Made by a program: the position numbers and the translations under genes
The notes under the pieces: generated by a model
Told to the model about the DNA's origin: nothing
The model's database searches: none
What the model saw: only the letters and a program-made list of their open reading frames with translations
In this document: in pieces, positions 56,812 to 64,000 of the stretch
Numbering within the stretch: the stretch's first letter is position 1
Layout: each line of letters starts with the position of its first letter
Source of the DNA: Azolla caroliniana
Lineage: Eukaryota; Plantae; Polypodiophyta
DNA: 64,000 nucleotides
Direction: 5' to 3'
NCBI GenBank assembly: GCA_043228905.1
Contig: JBHGNT010000002.1
Span: 12,958,001-13,022,000, forward strand

Positions 56812-57529
56812 GGTGTAATGATTCAACAACATATGATATAAAGATTTTGAGCTCCTTTGCACCTTTCTATAAGAAGAGAGATCCATAGCCTTGTACCTCC
56901 ATCCAATCTTCCCTTCATCACATCCATCCTCATCATCATCTAAAGTAGGAGGAAAGATAAGAAAGAAGAAGAAGAACAGTCAGCAAGGGCAGAACTGGTG
57001 AGACGGCCGATGTCCGGTAGGTGACTGGATGGCTGAAATGAGAGACGACCAAGCGACATCTGTCTAACAAATAGCAACATCCATTGACATAGACGTTCAA
57101 CAGCCGACCATCTCATAAAGATGGCCCCGAATAGAACCGGATGCCGAACAACCTCAACCGAGCTGATATCCGACAACCAGTCGGATAGCTGACAAAGAGA
57201 TGACCAGCAAGAGACGGCCCCGGATAGATGGCGACGACTGGACACAGCCGGCGGCGGATTGCAACGATTGAGAACGGAGATGGCTGGTAGACAAAGAACA
57301 CCTCGGAACACACAACTACAGACAGACAAAGAGATTGCCATGGATGGAGGCAAACAGAAATGGTAGGTGGAAGAAGAGGTGCCAAGAGGAGACAAGAAGG
57401 AATAAGAAGAAGAAGAAGATACAGACAGAGAGAAGAAGAAAAAAGTGACGAAGAAGAGGAAAGAAGAAGAAGAAGAGAGAGGCTAGACAAATACACAGAA
57501 AGAGGAAGAAAAAGTAGAAAAGTAGAAAC

Positions 57530-57797
57530 AAAGGAGAACGGGAAAATTTGCTTTTGCGTCAACTATAGAAAATTGAATTCCCTAACAGTGACCAACGCGT
57601 TTCCTCTACTGTTCACAGATGGTGTGCTGGACACAATAGTCGACTATGAAATGTATAGTTTTTTAGATGGTTTGAGTTGCTATAATAAAATTCATATGCA
57701 CCCAAACGCCTAGGAGAAGACGACGTTTGTAACAAACTGGGTTGTATTTGTCATGGTCGTTATGATGTTCAGACCCACAACATTGCCGACAACATTT
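57530..57797 (+). pseudogene. Gypsy RT fragment
   Basis: KENGKICFCVNYRKLNSLTVTNAFPLLFTDGVLD...FLDG, homologous to G1 RT. Confidence 0.85.
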
Positions 57798-58316
57798 TGT
57801 TGAGAAATGAGCAAAATAGATACATTGACAGAAAATCAGGAAAAATAGAAAGAACAAAGACACAAATATTTAACATGGAAACCCAAATTGGGAAAAACCA
57901 CGGCAGTCCACAAACCCCAAGAAACAGATCACTAAGAAAAAGGAGGAGTATAGATAAGAAACTTAGAGGCAACGGCCTTGAGTTCTACTTCATCTGACTG
58001 GCAGCTACAGAGTTATACTCTCTCTCTCTCACACACACACAGTTACAGAGGCAACTACCACCTGCCTAACTATACCAGAATAATGATCAACTACTACAAC
58101 TTAAAGTTTGTCGTAGTTGTTTATATACTATAAGAACTTTCTGGTTATTTACAAGTATAGCCCATAAGGAGCATATTTGGACTATCTACAAATATAGTCT
58201 CCCGATTTCGGAAATCGATTTTCGGCCAAGGCCGATAGCTCTTCGCATCCGGAGGGACCTGGTTTTCCCAACAAACTCTCCCTTCACTCCGGCATGGGGT
58301 ACTTCATCAATCCCAC
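57798..58316 (-). mobile_element. Tork-like Copia 3' LTR (57798-58273) with PPT and ORF end
   Basis: TGTTGAGAAATG...TTCCCAACA followed by AACTCTCCCTTCACTCCGGCATGGGG, matching the C1/C2 3' ends. Confidence 0.8.
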
Positions 58317-61300
58317 TTTTAGGGTTTCCACGTAAATCTTTGTGCACTGTTGTGTGTCTTGTTTTTCTTGCCATTTGTGTGATTCGTATTTTAGAGTGTA
58401 GTTCGTTCATTGTGATTTATATTCCGCAATGATTTCTCAACAAACTGGTATCAGAGCTTGAGGTGCAAGCATGGAAGGAGGTGTTAGCAGATTCCCAGGT
58501 ATGATAGTTCTAAACTCACAGAACTATGCAGACTAGAAGATCAAGATGGAAGACCTTCTCATAGTTAAAGATTTGTACGAGCCAATCGACAGAGCAGAAA
58601 TACCCAGGGGGGTATTGGAGTCGGACCGGAAGCTTCTAAATAGGAAGGTGGTGGCCACTATCTGACAATGCATCAATGTAAGTGTCCTTGAACATGTGGC
58701 GAATGACACAAATGCCCACGAGATGCGGCAGAAGCTATCGGGTCTTTATGAGAGGGAACGCGCTAAACAGAACCTCGCTAATGAGAAAGATCGTACGGCT
58801 GAAATATAGAGAAGGTGAGAGCATCGTCGAACACATCAACATGTTCATGGGGTATGTAAATCAACTTCTTGCGACCAAGTTTCCCCTGGATGACGCAATG
58901 CAAGCCATCCTGCTGATGTGCACACTGCCGAAAAGGTGGGAGAATCTGGTGGTTACTCTCAGCACCTCCTCTCAAGAAGAGAACTTGTCTTTACAGACGG
59001 TGAAGACAAGCATCCTAAACAAGGAGGCAAGGAGGAAAGACAAAGTAGTCCTGTCCCAAATGGAGTCGAATCTGACTCAACATATGGACAGAGGAAGAGA
59101 CTGGCGAGGAAGAAGTCTGCAGCGAACAGACAAATCCCCCGCCAGATCGGAGTCCAGAGGTAAGCATGTGTGCTTTTATTGCGGAAAACCTGGACACTTC
59201 CAGAAGGACTGCCAACACATGAAGAAAGATAAGTCTGTCGGAAACAATGTCGAATCTCGAAAGATCCTGGATGACAAGAACACTTCAGCCATTGCTACGA
59301 GCAATGAAGAACTCCTATTCATTTGTGAACAAATGAGTGAAAATCTTGCGAGTGAAGATTGCACGTGGGTGATCGACTCTGGTGCATCCTTCCATATTAC
59401 TCCGTCGAGAGAGTATTTCTCAACTTACATAGACGGGGATCATGGCTATGTAAAGATGGGTGATAGTGGAGAATGCAAGATAACCAGAGTTGGAAGTGTG
59501 TGCTTAACGACGTCGATAGTGTTGTTTTTCAAGGAGTTCCAGGCAAGAACCGAAAGAGAGTCGGGTCGGAAACTGAAGGTTGTCCGAATCGATAACGATG
59601 GCGAGTACAAAGGGTAGTTGAGGAATACTGCAAGTGCCAAGGTATTCGGATCGAATACACAGTGCCAAAGACCCCAGAGTTGAACGGGCTTGCAGAGAGG
59701 ATGAATCGAACGATCATGGGGAGTAAGTAGCATGCTCTCTCATGCAAAACTGTCGAAATCCTATTGGGCTAAGGCGTTGTACACAGTTGTTTATCTGATC
59801 AACAGGTCTCCCTCAGTACCTCTAAAGGGTGATGTCCCACAGAGAGTGTGGACAGGGAAGGATGTCTCTTACCAACACCTGAGGGTGTTCGGATGTTTGT
59901 CGTATATGAATGTACCAAAGGATCAGAGGTCAAAACTCGACCACAAGTCGAAACCATGCGTATTCATGGGATACTCGGAAGATGAGTTCGACTACAAGTT
60001 GTGGGACTTAGTTGATAAGAAGGTAATGAGAAGTCGGGATGTCATCTTTCTTGAAGATAAGACAATTGAAGACTGGAAGCAACAAAAGTCGGAACCAACT
60101 CCCTAGTCAACCTCGACTACTATCGACTTAAGGTCAAATGTGTCGTCACCGGCATTTGAAAGGAGATAATTGGCCGACAGAGCCGAATCCGAGTCGATCG
60201 ACTCGGAAAGACCGACAGACTATGAGTCTGAGTCAGCAAACCTACTAAAATCAATTGAGGAATATGAGTTGGAGTTGTCCAACCTGGAGATGCCAATTGA
60301 TGAGTAGAATCCCGAGCAAAGAGAAGAGTTGGCAGAGACATCCGGAAGAGAGCCAACAACGAGTGGACGAAGGTACCCACTCAGAGAAAGGAAGGCACCG
60401 ATTACATATGCCAGTCAATACATCCTCTTAACTGATGACGGTGAACCGAAGTGCTATGAAGAAGCCATTGTCGACGAGAGCAGAGAAAAATGGCTGAACG
60501 CAATGCAAGAGGAGATGGAATCCTTGCACACGAATTACACCTACGACCTAGTAGAGCTGCCGAAAGGTAAGAGAGCACTCAGGAATAAATGGGTCTATAG
60601 GGTCAAGACTGAAGAAGTTGACAGCGAGCCCAGGTATAAAACCCGCATAGTGGTTAAGGGTTTTCAACAAAGGAAGGGCGTTGACTTTGACGGAATATTT
60701 GCACTAGTCATGAAGATGACATCCATACAAACTATTCTGAGCATAGCGGCCAACATGGATCTGGAGATCGAACAGTTGTATGTCAAAACCGCATTTCTGC
60801 ATGGGGAGTTAGACGAAGAGATCTATATGCATAAACCTAAAGGCTTTGAGGAGAAAGGGAAAGAGAACCTGGTGTGTCGACTTAGGAAAAGCTTGTACGG
60901 ATTGAAACAAGCTCCACACCAATGGTACAAGAAATTCGAGTCCTTCATGATGGAACATCGGTTCTAGAAAACACAGGCTGATCACTGTGTGTTCGTAAAA
61001 AGGTACGAGGAAGGAGATTTCTTGATTCTCTTGCTTTATGTTGATGATATGTTGATAGTCGGTCAAGACGCAAGGATGATCGGAAGCTTGAAGAAAGCTC
61101 TCGGCGTGTCATTTGCCATGAAAGACCTTGGATCGGCAAAGAAAATCCTAGGAATGCACATAACCCGAGACAGAGCTCGGAAGCTGCTATGGTTGTCACA
61201 TCAGAAGTATGTGACGAAGATCCTAGAGAGGTTCAACATGTCAAACGCAAAGCCGGTCGGCTCAATGCTGCCGACAAATTGCAGACTAAATGCGAGGCAG

Positions 61301-61493
61301 TGTCCGAAAGGGCAAAAGGAAAAGGCTGAGATGAAGAAGGTACCATATGCCTCAGCCGTCGACAATCTAATGTATGCTATGGTGTGTACGAGACCGGACA
61401 TAGCATTTGCTGTGGGAGAAGTAAGCCGATATATGAGTAATCTAGGGAGAGAACACTCGGCAGTGGTGAAATGGATACTCAGGTACTTAAAGG
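58317..61493 (+). mobile_element. Tork-like Copia D, degenerate (partial LTR to 58442, PBS 58446-58457, gag-pol 58471-61493)
   Basis: MEGGVSRFPGMIVLNSQNYAD gag; CFYCGKPGHFQKDC; WVIDSGAS; deletion at about 59517; RT LLYVDDML; cut by an LTR at 61494. Confidence 0.9.
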
Positions 61494-62247
61494 TGTTAGG
61501 AAACAGGTCCCTCCGGATGGGAAGGGAGAAGAATAGTGCCGATGAACAAACTCGGCCGAGGCCTATCGGCCTCGGCCGAGACCGGATGAGGAGTACCCGG
61601 CTACGGAGAGCCGGATGGTACAGACCCGGTGAGAACCGGATGAGGAGTACCCGGCTACGGAGAGCCGGATGGTACAGACCCGGTGAGAACCGGATGAGGA
61701 GTACCCGACTACGGAGAGCCAGATGGTGCAGACCCGGTGAGAACCGGATGAGGAGTACCCGGCTACGGAGAGCCGGATGGTGCAGACCCGGTGAGAACCG
61801 GATGAGGAGCACCCGGCTACGGAGAGCCGGATGGTGCAGACCCGGTGAGAACCGGATGAGGAGCACCCGGCTACGGAGAACCGGATGGTGCAGACCCGGT
61901 GAGAAGTGCTCACCGGATGAAGAGACATATTCGTAAATATGTTTCTGAGAGTCCATCATGGCTATATTTGTACATAGCCAAAAAGTCATATTAGTATAAA
62001 TATGACTTAGGGCAAACTTTTAGGTGTTGCTGTCATTCTTGTTGGTGCAAGGAGAGAGAGAGCGCATAGTAGTGTACACAGAGAGAGAGAGAGAGAGAAA
62101 GAGGTCGTTGCCTCTGTTGTAACCGCCGCCTGTGGCGAAGATCGTGAGCACGAGGTCGTTGCCTCCGTGAACTCACTATTGTACATTCTAGCATAGTGAA
62201 AGTTTGCAGCTTGTGGGTTGCCGTGGTTTTTCCCTTAGTTTGGGTTT
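61494..62247 (+). mobile_element. C1-related Copia LTR inserted in D, truncated by Gypsy G4
   Basis: TGTTAGGAAACAGGTCCCTCCGGATGG start; TATA/R region colinear with 24200-24510. Confidence 0.9.
61581..61904 (+). repeat. 6 x 54-bp tandem repeat in LTR U3
   Basis: Unit ACCGGATGAGGAGTACCCGGCTACGGAGAGCCGGATGGTRCAGACCCGGTGAGA. Confidence 0.95.
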
Positions 62248-62338
62248 TGTTACCGGCCGGCAAGGAGTCCAAAATACGGAGTGAAGGAATTAATTAGATG
62301 GTTGTAAATGAGCATAGTGTGGACGGACGGACTGGAAA
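62248..62338 (+). mobile_element. First about 90 bp of a G1-related Gypsy LTR
   Basis: TGTTACCGGCCGGCAAG...GTGGACGGACGGAC matches the start of LTR 5341. Confidence 0.75.
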
Positions 62339-64000
62339 CGGTATGCCGTTCTGTACGCCCATAGCGCGCTATGGAGCTTTGTATCCCAGTCCGTCCGGTT
62401 TTCGTTGACGATTTTGCGGAGAATGTTCTGCAGAGTTTTGTTGGTGGACTCCGCTAATCCGTTCGCCTGTGGGTAGTACGGTGTGCTCCGTTTATGAACC
62501 ACGGCATAGAACGTTGTTAAGCTTTTCACTACCTGGCCGAGGAAGTGCCCTCCTTGGTCACTGATTAGTTCAATCGGACATCCATATCGGCACCAAATGT
62601 TCTCGTACAGGAATTTTGCTGTGGATGACGCGGTATTGTCTCTCAAGGCCTTAGCCTCCACCCATTTAGTGCAATAATCCGTTGCCACGATGACATAACG
62701 GTTACCCGTTCTCATTGCCGGTGGCTTGAATGGTCCGACAAAATCCAACCCCCACTTCTGGAATGGCTCTAGTGGAAGTACCGGTTGGTGTGGCATCCGT
62801 GCTTGCTCCGTAGGCTGGCCCATTCGTTGGCATAGGTCACATTCCTTAGCATACTTGACGGCGTCTTTTAACGTCGTGGGCCACCACAAGCCGCTCTGCC
62901 ATACTTTCCTCGCCGTCGCTTCCCCGGCATAGTGTCCTCCGGCAACCCCACAGTGTGCTTCCCGTAAGATTACTTCTTTCTCGTCACTTCGGACTGCCCG
63001 TCTCCATATTCCATCTGCTCCCTTGTGGTAGAGAGTGTCCCGTAATAGACAGAAATTGCGGCTCTGCACCGCCAGTCGTTTCCTCTCGTCCCGGTTCATT
63101 TCCTCCGGTGGCAGGCCCGTGCTTAGGAACTGGTGCATGTTTGTCAGCCACCTATCTTCTGATGCCACCGTGTCGTCTGCTGCCGTTTCCGGGGTAATAC
63201 GGAATAACTCTGCGTCCGGAAATTCATCCGCTACTCCGTCGCCTGCTTCTCCGGACTCTAACCGACTCAAATAGTCCGCTACGGCATGCTGGATACCGGG
63301 CCGGTGGAAGATCTCGAATTCGAACTCCTGCAACAGCAAGGTCCAACGGGCCAACTTACCGGTTAGGGACGCCTTGGACACTAAGTACAGAAGCGCCGAG
63401 TGATCCACATGAAAGGAGAACTTCCTTCCCAATAGGTAGTGCCGAAACTTTGTGACACTGTAGATCATGCCCAGGGCCTCCCGTTCCGTCGTTGAATAGT
63501 TCTTCTCCGCTTGGGACAGCTTCCGGCTGGCGTAATATACCGGCCGGTACCATTTGGGCTCCGTAAGCTGCAATAAGGCGCTGCCAATAGCGATGTCGGA
63601 CGCGTCCACGAACACGTGAAATTCCTTGCTCCAATCCGGAGGCTGCACGACGGGTGCTTGCGATAAAAGTACCTTCAGGGCATTGTATGCCTTATCCTCC
63701 GTATCCGTCCATTGGAACGGTGTCCGATGTACCGCGGTGTGTAATGGTGTAGCCAAGTCCGCCAAGTGACGGAGCATCCGGCTGTGCCACCGAATCTGTC
63801 CTAAGAATCGGCTTAGTGCTTTGGCCGTTTTCGGCGCCGGTGCCCCTAGTATGGCGTTTACTTTGTCCGGGTCGACCGCAATGCCCTCCTTACTTACAAT
63901 GTGTCCCAGCAATATTCCACTTGAAACTCCAAAGATGCATTTTGCTGGGTTTAAGCTTAGCCGGTATAACCTACACTTTTCAAGGCATAACCGTAGGTGC
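62339..64000 (-). pseudogene. pol: Gypsy G4 pol (RT end, RNase H, integrase core); open frame, 3'-truncated, continues off-window
   Basis: ORF 62290-63912: FVDASD, NYSTTEREALG, HCGVAGGH...CDLC, WGLDFVGP, SDQGGHF, YYPQANGLAE. Confidence 0.92.

Noticed and set aside
57113-57562. Leu/Ser/Phe-rich membrane-like and Arg/Glu-rich ORFs
   Set aside because: Translation of GAA/CTT low-complexity sequence
61494-61989. Repeat-protein ORFs (GENRMRSTRLRRAGWCRP)n on both strands
   Set aside because: Produced by the 54-bp (multiple of 3) U3 tandem repeat inside an LTR; not a gene

Overview
Heterochromatin-like plant genomic DNA made almost entirely of nested LTR retrotransposons; it contains no intact host gene. 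A seed-free land plant such as a fern is my guess from the TE lineages and cannot be verified here. Target-site duplications (TSDs) allow most of the history to be rebuilt. An 8-level nest covers about 0.7-48.4 kb: Gypsy remnant > Copia B1 > Copia B2 (TSD AAGTC) > solo LTR > non-coding LTR element X (TSD GAATA) > Copia B3 (TSD ATTAT) > chromovirus (TSD CCATG) > intact Copia C1. Two Tork/Tnt1-like Copia elements keep intact gag-pol ORFs (24679-28740 +, 32004-36077 -). The window also holds several tRNA-Arg-primed non-chromovirus Gypsy fragments, two hAT-like non-autonomous DNA transposons and an intronless ARF1 pseudogene. The most unusual observations are: (1) element X has a tRNA-Arg-like primer-binding site (PBS) inside BOTH LTRs, facing inward, and no polypurine tract (PPT); (2) the youngest intact Copia is a gag/pol recombinant of two families present in the window; (3) CCGG is strongly enriched across unrelated TE families; (4) one Gypsy carries a ~790-codon extra 3' ORF and another has a Q/N prion-like Gag insert; (5) insertions and junctions recur in one conserved LTR hairpin. 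All coordinates and counts were read by eye, and tRNA and lineage assignments come from recalled consensus sequences, not searches. Element labels (B1, C1, G2, X etc.) are my own.
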